From NCBI GenBank assembly GCA_015060005.1, contig SUZI01000002.1, positions 218,177 through 282,176 of the forward strand: a stretch of DNA of 64,000 bases, in the 5' to 3' direction. The DNA comes from Rikenellaceae bacterium. GTDB taxonomy: Bacteria; Bacteroidota; Bacteroidia; Bacteroidales; Rikenellaceae. Below are positions 18,601-27,941 of this stretch, in pieces (the stretch's first letter is position 1; each line of letters starts with the position of its first letter). The notes beneath the pieces are model-generated. The model was not told where the DNA came from. It saw nothing but the letters and a program-made list of their open reading frames with translations, and made no database searches. The translations under genes were made by a program, and so were the position numbers.

Positions 18601-20088
18601 ATGCTTCGTTCGCGTTATCCAATCACCAAAGCCCTCATCCTCCTTATTCTCGGCATCGTGCTTAGCGGTGCAGCGGAGCCTCCGTTAGTCTTTACGCTGT
18701 CGCTCGCGTTGCTCTCTTTTCTTGTGGCGTGGGCAGCTCACTCCTTCCGGGTGTGGGCATTGTTGGCAGCCATTGTGCTCCTTGGTGTTACCGTTGGTGA
18801 GATTGCTGAGCCGCCACACTTAGAGCGAGGCATCCACGAGGCTATCATACGACTCGACCGCCCCACCTCTGTGCGTGAGGGCGAGCTCTTGGGCGAGGCT
18901 ACCCTCTGTGCCCTGCGTGGCGATGATGGGTGGCAGGATGTGGGCTGCTCGGTGCGTTTTCGCTGCGATAGCTCTTTAGCGGCTGGCGAGGCAGACTTGC
19001 TTCACGCCCTCTTCTATGTCGTGCCCTACGAAGCTGCATCCCCTTCCGCTTTCGTGCGGAGTATCTCCCGTCAGGGCTTCGCTGCCGAGCTACGTTATTG
19101 CGATGGCACTCTTATCGCTCTCCGCACCGACGACCTCACCATAGGTGAGTCGCTACGCCACTTCTCCCTCTCGCAGCTCGACGCCCTGCCTTTGCGTAGC
19201 GATAGCCGAGCTGTCGTTGAGGCTATCACCACCGCCCACACCTCCTCTCTTACGCCCACTCTGCGTGATAGTTACTCCCTCTCGGGTATGTCGCATCTGT
19301 TGGCTATCTCGGGCTTGCATATAGGCTTTGTCGTGCTCTTTGCCCTTCTGCTTTTTCGGTGGGTTGTCCTCTTTCGCCACGGTCAGATACTTCTCTCAGC
19401 CCTTGTCATCGTTGTGGTGTGGCTCTACGCCTTTATGGCGGGCTTACAACCCTCGGTGCTGCGTGCCACCATTATGTTCTCACTCTTCGAGCTTCTCACC
19501 CTCTTCTCTCGCCGCACGCCCATCCTCGAACGCCTCTCGTTTGCAGCACTTCTTATGCTTCTGTTCGATGCCTCCACGCTCTACGATGTAGGCTTTCAGC
19601 TCTCGTTTGTGGCTGTGGTGGCTATTGTCGTGTGGGGCACGTCGTGGGGCAGGCTGTGGCAGAAGGGTAGTGCCGATGAGAGCTTGCCACGTCGCCCAAG
19701 TCCGCTTCGGCGTTGTTTGACGTGGTGTCGCAGGTGGCTATGGCTCTCGCTGAGCCTCTCTGTTGCGGCGAGTGTCGCTCTGCTACCTCTCACATCCTAC
19801 TATTTCGGTACGTTATCATTATGGAGCGTCATCACTTCGCCTCTTATGATTCCTGTCAGCGGTCTTGTCGTCTGCCTCGGCTTTGTCGCTATCGTGCTCC
19901 CTGTGGGCGATGTGTCGGAGCCTCTTGCCTGGCTGCTGGATGTGAGTGTCGGTGTTATGAATGATGTCGCTGCGTGGTGCAGCTCCCACGAATGGCTTGT
20001 CGCCTCGTGGCGTTGCGAGGGCTGGCAATGTGCAGCTATGTATGGCGTTATGGTGGTGCTTACGCTTGCCGCCACACATAAAAAATAG
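18601..20088 (+). CDS. comEC: ComEC/Rec2-family competence membrane protein
   Basis: Polytopic membrane protein, 495 aa, with the ComEC core motif HLLAISGLHIGFV. Confidence 0.7.
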   Translation: MLRSRYPITKALILLILGIVLSGAAEPPLVFTLSLALLSFLVAWAAHSFRVWALLAAIVLLGVTVGEIAEPPHLERGIHEAIIRLDRPTSVREGELLGEATLCALRGDDGWQDVGCSVRFRCDSSLAAGEADLLHALFYVVPYEAASPSAFVRSISRQGFAAELRYCDGTLIALRTDDLTIGESLRHFSLSQLDALPLRSDSRAVVEAITTAHTSSLTPTLRDSYSLSGMSHLLAISGLHIGFVVLFALLLFRWVVLFRHGQILLSALVIVVVWLYAFMAGLQPSVLRATIMFSLFELLTLFSRRTPILERLSFAALLMLLFDASTLYDVGFQLSFVAVVAIVVWGTSWGRLWQKGSADESLPRRPSPLRRCLTWCRRWLWLSLSLSVAASVALLPLTSYYFGTLSLWSVITSPLMIPVSGLVVCLGFVAIVLPVGDVSEPLAWLLDVSVGVMNDVAAWCSSHEWLVASWRCEGWQCAAMYGVMVVLTLAATHKK

Positions 20089-20118
20089 GGCTGTCGCAAC
20101 GCATTAGTTGCACAGCCC
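20088..20118. terminator. Hairpin between convergent genes (possible bidirectional terminator)
   Basis: GGGCTGTCGCAAC (20088-20100) pairs with GTTGCACAGCCC (20107-20118) with one bulge. A-run upstream. Lies between the comEC stop and the stop of the minus-strand barrel gene. Confidence 0.5.
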
Positions 20119-20143
20119 CTATAACTTGCCTCTTTGTGAGTGG

Positions 20144-20812
20144 TTACCAGAGGTAAATATTCAAACCAAACACCACCGAGTGAGTATACTGCTTAAAGTT
20201 TATGCCCTGCACCGGCACGTCGTACACACCCTTCTGCGAGGGCTCTACGCGACGCATATTACCTAAATATCCCAAGTAGAGGTCGCAACGCAGCGACTCC
20301 GCTATGCACAGACGCATACCGCCACCGGCACCTGCTGTCGCACCCACCGCCTTTGACTCTTTGTCGGTGTAGAACTGAGGGCCTATGTTCAGATATGTAA
20401 ACCATCGCATCGGCTTACGTCGCACCTGCTCGCCGAAGTAATACTTGAATGTTCCATACAGAGGTATGGCATTACCGTTGCTCTGGAAGAGCAGACCGCC
20501 CTCCAGTCCTGCTGTGAAGTGTGGTGTGAACTTATATCCCACGCCGAGCAGCACGTTACCGCCCATGAGTGATGGCTTCGAGTTATATTTCGTTAGCTGC
20601 TTGTAATCCTCAAAGTTTATGCGGTTTTGTGTTCCGAGGGCGAAGTTCATCGACGCACCTATCGACACTGTCAGCTTATCTTCGGGCTTGTCGAGCGTAT
20701 AATCTTTCTCCACCTTCTTACGCTTGTATCGAGGCACGAAGTGTCGTTGAGCCTCTGCTGCTGTTACTCCCACAAAACATATGAGGAGCACTATTGTCAA
20801 AAATTTTTTCAT
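20144..20812 (-). CDS. Outer-membrane beta-barrel (porin-family) protein
   Basis: The ATG at 20812 gives signal peptide MKKFLTIVLLICFVGVTAAEAQ. Alternating beta-strand pattern and aromatic C-terminal residue (W). The track start at 20863 adds an implausible leader. Confidence 0.65.
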   Translation of the reverse strand: MKKFLTIVLLICFVGVTAAEAQRHFVPRYKRKKVEKDYTLDKPEDKLTVSIGASMNFALGTQNRINFEDYKQLTKYNSKPSLMGGNVLLGVGYKFTPHFTAGLEGGLLFQSNGNAIPLYGTFKYYFGEQVRRKPMRWFTYLNIGPQFYTDKESKAVGATAGAGGGMRLCIAESLRCDLYLGYLGNMRRVEPSQKGVYDVPVQGINFKQYTHSVVFGLNIYLW

Positions 20813-20867
20813 CCGTCGTTGTATTATTTTTGCGGGTCTTGCCACCATAACGTGTCGCCGCACCCTT

Positions 20868-21893
20868 TTATTTTATCCCTCTGATGTTTTTCTCCCACGC
20901 CCACGCACTACGCAGTGTGTCGTCTAACTCTCTTTCAGCCCTCCATCCGAGCTCGTTGTTCGCCAACGATGTATCAGCCCATATAGCCACTACGTCGCCC
21001 GCACGTCGGGGTGCTATCTTGTAGTTCAGCTTCAGGTCGTTCACTCTCTGGAAGCTCTCCACTAACTCCAACACCGACACTCCGTTTCCCGTTCCGATGT
21101 TGAATATCTCATATTTCGCTTTGTTCTTACCCTCTATCATTCGCTCTATGGCTACCACGTGAGCTTTTGCCAAGTCGACCACGTCGATATAATCTCTCAG
21201 GCACGACCCGTCGGGTGTGGGGTAGTCGTTCCCGAACACGCTCAGACACTCACGTATGCCGGCTGCTGTCTGTGTGATGAATGGCACAAGGTTTTGTGGC
21301 ACGCCACGTGGCAGCTCGCCTATGAGAGCCGATGGGTGAGCACCTATGGGGTTGAAGTAACGCAGTGCTATACCTTTCAGTCCCTCGTATGCTGTTACTG
21401 CATCACGCAATATATCCTCGCACATCTGTTTTGTGTTGCCGTATGCCGATGTCGCAGCCTGGCGTGGTGTCTGCTCTGTTACGGGCAGCTCCTCTGCCTC
21501 GCCATATACTGTTGCCGATGATGAGAATACTATGTTTTGACGCTTGTATTCACGCATCAGGTCCACCACATTCATCATCGAGAGCAGGTTGTTGCGGTAA
21601 TATTTCATTGGGTCTGCCACCGATTCGCCCACCGCTTTGAATGCTGCGAAGTGTATCACCGAGTCGAAGTCATACTTCTTGAACACCTCACGCAGAGCCT
21701 CTTTGTCGCAGCAGTCCACCTGCACGAAGGGCACCTCTACGCCTGTTATCTTACGCACTCCCTCCACTCCGCTCATATCGGAGTTCGACAGGTTGTCGGC
21801 AACCACAACATCATATCCTGCCTCTATCAGTTCTACTGTTGTGTGCGAGCCTATATATCCCGCACCGCCTGATACCAAAACCATCTGTTTCAT
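20868..21893 (-). CDS. galE: UDP-glucose 4-epimerase
   Basis: Rossmann motif VSGGAGYIGSH right after the ATG at 21893, catalytic YGNTK, GalE-like length. Confidence 0.85.
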   Translation of the reverse strand: MKQMVLVSGGAGYIGSHTTVELIEAGYDVVVADNLSNSDMSGVEGVRKITGVEVPFVQVDCCDKEALREVFKKYDFDSVIHFAAFKAVGESVADPMKYYRNNLLSMMNVVDLMREYKRQNIVFSSSATVYGEAEELPVTEQTPRQAATSAYGNTKQMCEDILRDAVTAYEGLKGIALRYFNPIGAHPSALIGELPRGVPQNLVPFITQTAAGIRECLSVFGNDYPTPDGSCLRDYIDVVDLAKAHVVAIERMIEGKNKAKYEIFNIGTGNGVSVLELVESFQRVNDLKLNYKIAPRRAGDVVAIWADTSLANNELGWRAERELDDTLRSAWAWEKNIRGIK

Positions 21894-22059
21894 TCTCCTT
21901 TGTTGTAGAAAGTTTCTGCAAAGATAAGAAAACTCCCCGAAAAGAGAAAACAACTCCCAAAAAGCTTTTCATTTTCGGTTATTTACGTATAAATACCTAC
22001 ACGTGTTACGCCCAAAATTACGACCTTTGCGTAGTTTATTCACTAAAACTCAATAGATT

Positions 22060-23097
22060 ATGAAGAAATTTTTACTTTTAGTTTCACTTTTTGCCGCTAC
22101 GGTGTTCTCCGCTCAGGCACAGGATACCGACTCCAAGGTCGAGTCTTTGGAGGCTGATGTTGCGTCGCTCAACGAGCGTGCTGCTACGTGGGATAAGATT
22201 TTGAAGGCACTGCCCAAGATTTCGGGCTATGCACAGATTCGCTACGATTATAGCGATGTGGGCGAGGGTCTCTCTACCTTCCAGTTGCGTCGTGTACGTC
22301 TCTCGTTCGACGGAGCTATCTCTAAGAAGGTCGACTATAAGTTGCAGGCTGAGCTCACTTCGTTCAAGCTCGTCGATGCCTATTTCTCTTATAAGCCCTT
22401 CACTCAGTTCAATCTGCGTGTCGGTCAGCAGAAGTTACCTTTCTCTATCGAGAATACCGACTACGGTCCAACCAAGATTGAGCTCATCGACTATCCTATG
22501 GCTCTGACCTACCTCGTTGCTTATAGCGAGAAGCTGGGCGATACTACTCTCAAGGCTAACGGTCGTGATTTGGGCTTTAAGTTCTATGGCTCTTTCCTTA
22601 ACAAAGTCATCGGCTACGATGTGGGTATCTTCAACGGTGCTGGTTTGAATGTCAAGGATAACAATAAGTCGAAGGATGTCGTGGCACGTCTCTCTATCCG
22701 TCCTGTTGCAGGCTTGCTTATCTCAGGCTCATATATGTGGGGCGAGTGGGGTGCCGACTTCCTCAAGCGTGAGCGTTGGGGAGCAGGTATCTGCTACGAT
22801 AAGGGTGCTTGGTTGGCACGTTCGGAGTATATCGGTGGCACTACGGGCTCTACTACCAGCGATGGTGTCTATGCTATGGCGGGCTATCGTTTCTGTAAGA
22901 ATTTTATGGCTCTTGCACGCTACGACCGCTTCACTTGGGATACCGATGCTCGTTCAGCCTCTACCGATGAGAGCTATACCGTAGGTCTGCTGTGGCAGCC
23001 TGTTAAGTTCTTGCGTCTGCAGGCAAACTATATGTACCAGGACTTGCATACGGGCTGTGGCAATACATTCCAGATTCAGACATCTGCTATGTTCTAA
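22060..23097 (+). CDS. Porin (phosphate-selective porin O/P-like)
   Basis: Signal peptide, N-terminal coiled segment (LEADVASLNERAATWDKI), beta-strand periodicity, C-terminal F. Confidence 0.6.
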   Translation: MKKFLLLVSLFAATVFSAQAQDTDSKVESLEADVASLNERAATWDKILKALPKISGYAQIRYDYSDVGEGLSTFQLRRVRLSFDGAISKKVDYKLQAELTSFKLVDAYFSYKPFTQFNLRVGQQKLPFSIENTDYGPTKIELIDYPMALTYLVAYSEKLGDTTLKANGRDLGFKFYGSFLNKVIGYDVGIFNGAGLNVKDNNKSKDVVARLSIRPVAGLLISGSYMWGEWGADFLKRERWGAGICYDKGAWLARSEYIGGTTGSTTSDGVYAMAGYRFCKNFMALARYDRFTWDTDARSASTDESYTVGLLWQPVKFLRLQANYMYQDLHTGCGNTFQIQTSAMF

Positions 23098-23125
23098 CCA
23101 CTCCCTACGCGTGTTGGTTTAATGT

Positions 23126-23154
23126 AAGAGGCTCCCGCAGCCTCTTATTTTTTT
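23126..23154 (+). terminator. Rho-independent terminator of the porin gene
   Basis: AAGAGGCT (23126-23133) pairs with AGCCTCTT (23139-23146), followed by a T7 run (23148-23154). Confidence 0.75.
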
Positions 23155-23162
23155 GCCCCTCA

Positions 23163-23213
23163 CTCTTCCTCTTCCCCTCTCCTCTCTCCTCTCTCTCCTC
23201 TCTCTTCTTCCTC
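23163..23213. repeat. 51-nt pure polypyrimidine (C/T) tract
   Basis: Direct reading: only C and T between 23163 and 23213 (CTCTTCCTCTTCCCCTCTCCTCTCTCC...). Confidence 0.9.
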
Positions 23214-23214
23214 G

Positions 23215-23234
23215 CTCACTCACTCACTCACTCA
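23215..23234. repeat. (CTCA)5 tetranucleotide microsatellite
   Basis: Five perfect CTCA units directly after the polypyrimidine tract. Confidence 0.9.
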
Positions 23235-23252
23235 CGACGCCCTCGGTAACAC

Positions 23253-23272
23253 GGGTAACCAATTGGTTACCC
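23253..23272. repeat. Perfect 20-bp palindrome GGGTAACCAATTGGTTACCC
   Basis: The sequence is identical to its reverse complement. Confidence 0.9.
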
Positions 23273-23345
23273 GGAACATTTCGCCTTCTCCCTACGGTGT
23301 CGTGGGTAGCTTTTTACTCCCCACACCGCCAAAACTAAAAAGTAT

Positions 23346-23400
23346 TTTTCTATTGCGACTTTAATAACCCTTAGTATCCCTTAATAACCTTTAGCATCCC
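23346..23400 (+). repeat. Left copy of the intergenic repeat (21-nt core TTTTCTATTGCGACTTTAATA plus ~10-bp tandem units)
   Basis: The 21-nt core at 23346-23366 is identical to 35428-35448. It is followed by TAATAACCCT / TAGTATCCCT / TAATAACCTT / TAGCATCCC. Confidence 0.85.
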
Positions 23401-23752
23401 AAAAGTTTCGCGGGTAGTCTTTTTACTACCCACGACGACTAAAACTAAAATGTGAAAACTGAAAACCGAAATGTTAATTTTGAATTGTAAAACTCGTCAT
23501 TCCCCGCCTTGCCCTGCAAGGCGAAGGGAATCTACCTCATATAAATTCAAAGGTAAACTTAAACCTACAAACTGAAATCTCCTATCTCAGCCACAGACTT
23601 TACTCTCCCTTAATCTCCCTTAATATCCTTTAGCATCATAAAACTCTGCTTTCAATTCCACAACCCGAGTTGCGTTTTCAAATCTTAAAATTGCCATAAC
23701 TCCAATGTTTTAAGGTTAAAAAATGTAATTTGTTTTATAGGTATCAATAATA

Positions 23753-23795
23753 AAGGTCGGAGTGTCTACACTAATGCATAGACCACTCCGACCTT
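23753..23795 (-). terminator. Long hairpin terminating the island gene array
   Basis: AAGGTCGGAGTGTCTA pairs with TAGACCACTCCGACCTT (16 bp, one bulge). On the minus strand it lies 74 nt after the channel stop and is followed by the T-rich TTATTATTG. Confidence 0.65.
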
Positions 23796-23868
23796 CTTGG
23801 ATATTTCAAGAAAGTTAAATTACCCCCCCCCTATAGCGGATTTTAATGGGCTGTTATTTATCTGTCCG

Positions 23869-24720
23869 TCAAACATTTATATCCCCTTTTTGTCTATTTT
23901 TCTCCTTGTTTTTATGCTTGTCGTCGAGCACCTCCTGGTAGTTGTTGATGATTGCTCCGGTTACGACATTGAGCAGCAGGAACGCCGAGAGCACCACCCA
24001 CGTGATGTGGAACAGGTTGATTATCATCGGTGATGTGTTGATGAGCCCCAGCTCATACGCCTGCATACTATTGTATCTCACGTCAGCCCACGCATCACCC
24101 GTCAGCTCGCGGAAGAGTGTAAACATCGCCTCGCCCACGTTGGCAAATGGGTCGGGAGCACATTGTGGGACGTTAGATGCTGTCTGGCAATACTCCTCAT
24201 AGTTGGCTTTTAGCTGCTCCGATGCACTCTCCACGTCGGGCATACGGAACAGGCCGACACCGATGATTGCAAACAGATAGATGAATATCACGAAGAGTAT
24301 GATGTTGTAGAACATCGACACCAGCGAACGCAGCAACACCGATATTATGAGCTTTATCTCCTGCGACACACGCAGCAGTCTGAGCACGCGGAAGACTCTG
24401 ATAACACGCAGAGCCATCAGAGCTGATGGGTTTGTTATGATGGATGTCGGTATGTATCCTATCACCACTAACGTGAGGTCAAACAAGTTCCATCCGCTTG
24501 CGAAAAACTCCTTTGTGCTATCTGCGGCAATGAATCGTGCCAATATCTCGAAAGTGAATATTCCGAGAATGATTTTCTGCACCACAGTTATCGCCTCGCA
24601 GCTTACGGCGGTCTCCACGCCAATAAGTATCGAGTTCACTATGATTATTGCCGCTATAGTGAGCTCAAATATCTTGTTCTCCGTCAGCGACCGACAAAAC
24701 GATTTAAGTTGTTTATACAT
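23869..24720 (-). CDS. Voltage-gated-type ion channel subunit (6-TM, BacNav/NaChBac-like fold) with an atypical pore filter
   Basis: S4 with Arg every third residue (LRVIRVFRVLRLLRV). Pore loop MFTLFRELTGDAWADV followed by S6. 283 aa. Confidence 0.75.
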   Translation of the reverse strand: MYKQLKSFCRSLTENKIFELTIAAIIIVNSILIGVETAVSCEAITVVQKIILGIFTFEILARFIAADSTKEFFASGWNLFDLTLVVIGYIPTSIITNPSALMALRVIRVFRVLRLLRVSQEIKLIISVLLRSLVSMFYNIILFVIFIYLFAIIGVGLFRMPDVESASEQLKANYEEYCQTASNVPQCAPDPFANVGEAMFTLFRELTGDAWADVRYNSMQAYELGLINTSPMIINLFHITWVVLSAFLLLNVVTGAIINNYQEVLDDKHKNKEKNRQKGDINV

Positions 24721-24905
24721 AGTTGTTTTTTTCGTGTCTTACAGCTATCTTTTATCCGTTAATCTACATAATCCTGCATACCGAAATCCTTACCTTCGAG
24801 GCGAGAAACCATCTCCCGAGGAGCAATCAATTCTTCTCTCTGCTTGGTGTTGCTGCCCCAATATCTTGTATCCTCTTTATATGGTAAATATTGTCGGTAT
24901 CCGTC

Positions 24906-26666
24906 TTAGCAACTTTCAATGCTGTATTTCATTCTGTCACGCAGTACGTCGAGCAGTTTGGAGAACTCGGCAGGTCTGCCCTGCACGGTCGTAGGCCACT
25001 GCGATGTCAGCACAACCTCCTTGTCGGCGAGTTTAATTGTCGGCACATCGGGGCGACGACCAAAGAAGTCCACCTTTCCTTTCTCGTTCAGGATGTTGAG
25101 ATACTCGTTGTAGTCGAGGAATACGGTATCCATATTTTTCTTGAAAGCAAAAGCCTCCTTGAGCTGTTCGTGAGTGGTGCCGGGGTGCTCCGAGAGGTAG
25201 TACATCACCACATCGTTTACAAACTCCTTCTTTGTCGAGTATACCTTGCCGTTGAACTTGTACGACGATGTGTCGCGGTTGAACTTTGTAGGCTTCTTCA
25301 TCGGGCCATCAAAAGCCTTGAGGTTTGTTACAGCCGACATCTCGAGTGTTGCCTCAATTATCTCTCCCAGCTGGTCGTCATTGCCGACTATCTCTGCAAT
25401 CTTGTTGAGCAGTGTCGATACGCTGAAGGCTCTGTTGCTGAGGAATGTCTCCTTCTGGCACATACGATATACTATCTTCTCCCACTCTTCGTCGAACTCC
25501 TCCGTTTTGTCCAATACCTCTGACTCCTGTGCTGTCAGTGGACGGAGCTTGAGTTTCGATGCTATGGTCTCGTTCCAAGACTTGAAGTCGGGAGCCTCCG
25601 TCAACTGATTGTAGATATACGGATAAGCAATCTGTATGCAGACCAACGAGTAGTTGATGAGTTTGTCGAGTACTGTTATATTGTTCTGTGCTCCCGTCTG
25701 CTCCTCATAAATTATCGATATCAGGGCGAGGGTGTTTGTCAGTCGCTTCAGAGAGCGAGGGTTTGTACCTACCGAGAGACGTGTTATCTCCGACAGTTTC
25801 TCCGCCAGCGAAGGGTCTTTCAGCTCCTGGTCTGTGAAGAACTCTATCTTTCCCAGAGCATCCACCAGGAACGAGTCCACCGAGTACGAAGCCACCGGCA
25901 TAGAGAATGGCAGCTGAATTATCTTGTCGAAGAACGAACGGAACTCACGCTCGTTGGCATCTGTCAGCTCGCCGAACTTTGGTTTCAATCCTTTGATTAC
26001 TACGTCGTAGTCTATGGCGAGAATGAATACGCACTTCTCGAGGTCGAATATGTTCTTCAGCAGCTCCAGAATCTCCACCGCCACGGGTGGGTCTATACGG
26101 TCAAGATCGTCGATGTAGAACGTGAAGCCCTGCTTCGATGTATCCTTTGACAACGCCTCATCTATCAGCTTTGCAATCTCCTCCTTGAGCTGCGATATGT
26201 CCGATGCGGCACTCTCCTTGCCCTCGAAGAGATCATCTACCACTCCGCCATCGATGCCTACAGTGCCTGCGACCATCTTTGTACCTACCGATGCCATCTT
26301 CTTGAACAATCCGCCAATCTTACGTTTGCTCTCTGCCCACTTCTGGTCGCTTGGGTGGAGAGCTCCTATTTGGTTGATTATACCTTCAAGGATTGACATA
26401 ATGGCTTGCGATGGGGTCTTCATCAGCGAGTACTGCCAGGTGTTAATCCATACAGGGAAATATGGTGCATCGTTCACATCGCACAGGTTGTAACGCAACA
26501 GGTTCATCAGCGATGTCTTACCGCTTCCCCACTCACCCTGCAGGGCGATTGTTATCGGGGTGTCGGTCATACGAATATATTTAATCAAAGCATTCTGATA
26601 TGCCTGAATACCAAAAAGGTCCTCCTGCGTATGTTTACGCGGTACGTCTATTATGCTTGACTTCAT
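24906..26666 (-). CDS. KAP-family P-loop NTPase with an extra C-terminal domain
   Basis: Walker A LQGEWGSGKTSL. KAP-type Walker B FYIDDLDRIDP. NPRSLKRLTN motif. No TM insertion seen. The C-terminal ~115 aa resemble the N-terminus of the OmpA-like protein at 32224-33138. Confidence 0.75.
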   Translation of the reverse strand: MKSSIIDVPRKHTQEDLFGIQAYQNALIKYIRMTDTPITIALQGEWGSGKTSLMNLLRYNLCDVNDAPYFPVWINTWQYSLMKTPSQAIMSILEGIINQIGALHPSDQKWAESKRKIGGLFKKMASVGTKMVAGTVGIDGGVVDDLFEGKESAASDISQLKEEIAKLIDEALSKDTSKQGFTFYIDDLDRIDPPVAVEILELLKNIFDLEKCVFILAIDYDVVIKGLKPKFGELTDANEREFRSFFDKIIQLPFSMPVASYSVDSFLVDALGKIEFFTDQELKDPSLAEKLSEITRLSVGTNPRSLKRLTNTLALISIIYEEQTGAQNNITVLDKLINYSLVCIQIAYPYIYNQLTEAPDFKSWNETIASKLKLRPLTAQESEVLDKTEEFDEEWEKIVYRMCQKETFLSNRAFSVSTLLNKIAEIVGNDDQLGEIIEATLEMSAVTNLKAFDGPMKKPTKFNRDTSSYKFNGKVYSTKKEFVNDVVMYYLSEHPGTTHEQLKEAFAFKKNMDTVFLDYNEYLNILNEKGKVDFFGRRPDVPTIKLADKEVVLTSQWPTTVQGRPAEFSKLLDVLRDRMKYSIESC

Positions 26667-26790
26667 CTTTTCAAATTTTAACTTTCTTCTTCTGGCTAAG
26701 TTTGTCGTTCGTGAAAAACTTTTTATCAGCCGCTTGCGATGCGTTTTCTGTGTTATATCTCGGCTCCCTAATCTCGGTTGGGAGAGGTTG

Positions 26791-27564
26791 TTAGTTTGCT
26801 GCTGAGCAGCGGTTTGTTGCCTCTACGCGACGCGAATCATCATACGTTACGGTTGCTATGTTGTAGTCGTCTCCTCGTACTTCATCTTGTTCAAACGATG
26901 TCTTCACCTCCGTCTTGAAGAGCTTTGCCACCTTGGTTGCAAGGGCTATGTCATCGTTAGCCAATGCCATATTGAGTATCTGCTCGCATCGGTCATTGTA
27001 GAATCGCACCCACGTTTGATATACTACGTGGTCAATAGCCAACGAAGCACCCACGCCGGCATCATTGTCGTAGAACATTCCCGAGCCGTGTTTTCCCTCC
27101 GATAGGGGAGCTCCCTCTGTGGGTATGGCTACCAGCAACGATATGAGCTTGCTTGTCTTGTCTGCTGCCTCTCCGTAGTATATCGACGTAGCCTCCTGAC
27201 CGAAGATATATGCCATCGCCGTATGATATTGCTGCTGTTTTTGGCGAGCTTCTCTGTCGTTCCACGCTCCACCTCGCCACTTTCCGAACTCCTGGGTATA
27301 GTCGTTATAGAATGAGTTCAATACCTTTTTAGCCCCTACGAAGTCGCCTTCGGCACAGAGTGTGTAGTATTCCTGCTCTTGTTCCGTTGCTATTCCTGAG
27401 AAGCCACCACCGTCCATCGGATCGTTGTCGACATCTAATACTATCTGACTCAGCCCATACACCACGCCAACTATCACCAGAATAATTAGCCACTTACCTT
27501 TTATCAGCTTTGAAAATGTATGTGATCCTTTGCTTGAGGAATGGTTTTTTTCGTTAGTTTTCAT
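26791..27564 (-). CDS. Membrane-anchored protein of unknown function (one N-terminal TM)
   Basis: ATG start, basic N-terminus, then WLIILVIVGVVYGLSQIVL. 257 aa, no recognised motif. Confidence 0.5.
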   Translation of the reverse strand: MKTNEKNHSSSKGSHTFSKLIKGKWLIILVIVGVVYGLSQIVLDVDNDPMDGGGFSGIATEQEQEYYTLCAEGDFVGAKKVLNSFYNDYTQEFGKWRGGAWNDREARQKQQQYHTAMAYIFGQEATSIYYGEAADKTSKLISLLVAIPTEGAPLSEGKHGSGMFYDNDAGVGASLAIDHVVYQTWVRFYNDRCEQILNMALANDDIALATKVAKLFKTEVKTSFEQDEVRGDDYNIATVTYDDSRRVEATNRCSAAN

Positions 27565-27617
27565 ATGACCTCTTTTATTTGTTACATCCTTTCAATTTTC
27601 AATGATATGCCTTGCCA

Positions 27618-27639
27618 CATAGACTGCGAACAGTCTATG
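27618..27639 (-). other. Perfect 9-bp stem-loop with a UUCG tetraloop on the transcribed (minus) strand
   Basis: Plus strand reads CATAGACTG CGAA CAGTCTATG. Minus-strand RNA would be CAUAGACUG-UUCG-CAGUCUAUG. No U-run follows. Confidence 0.6.
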
Positions 27640-27662
27640 CCCCTTCGTTCTCATTTGGTGGT

Positions 27663-27905
27663 TTATCTGCACCTTCTCAGGGCATCTTTTGTTCTCTCAA
27701 TCTCTGCTTTCCAGCCCTCTATGCGGCGGTCGTGGTATGCAGCCTTGTCAATCTTGTTTTTGCGATACGAAGCCTTTGAGTATGACGACGATGCATTCTT
27801 TATCAGTCGTGCGTAGCTGTCGTTGTCGCGTTTCTTTGCCTCACGCTCATCCGATATGTAGCGTCGTAGGTCTATCAGCTTCTTCTTGTAATACTCTTTA
27901 CTCAT
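27663..27905 (-). CDS. Small basic coiled-coil-like protein, unknown function
   Basis: 80 aa, ATG start, K/R/E-rich (MSKEYYKKKLIDLRRYISDEREAKKRD...). Confidence 0.45.
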   Translation of the reverse strand: MSKEYYKKKLIDLRRYISDEREAKKRDNDSYARLIKNASSSYSKASYRKNKIDKAAYHDRRIEGWKAEIERTKDALRRCR

Positions 27906-27941
27906 AGTGCTTATTTTTTAAGGTTATTATTTCTTTTTTTG

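Noticed and set aside
23153-23338. A 61-aa ORF MPLTLPLPLSSLLSLLSLL...
   Set aside because: It is merely the translation of the polypyrimidine tract and the CTCA microsatellite, with no start context. It is a low-complexity artefact.
23346-23640. The decamer tandem arrays considered as a CRISPR array
   Set aside because: The units are about 10 bp and contiguous, without spacers, and there are no cas genes. They do not have CRISPR-like architecture.
24347-25523. Plus-strand ORFs of 215 and 210 aa antisense to the ion channel and KAP NTPase genes
   Set aside because: No signal or motif, and an odd composition. The opposite-strand products have clear S4/pore and Walker A/B motifs.
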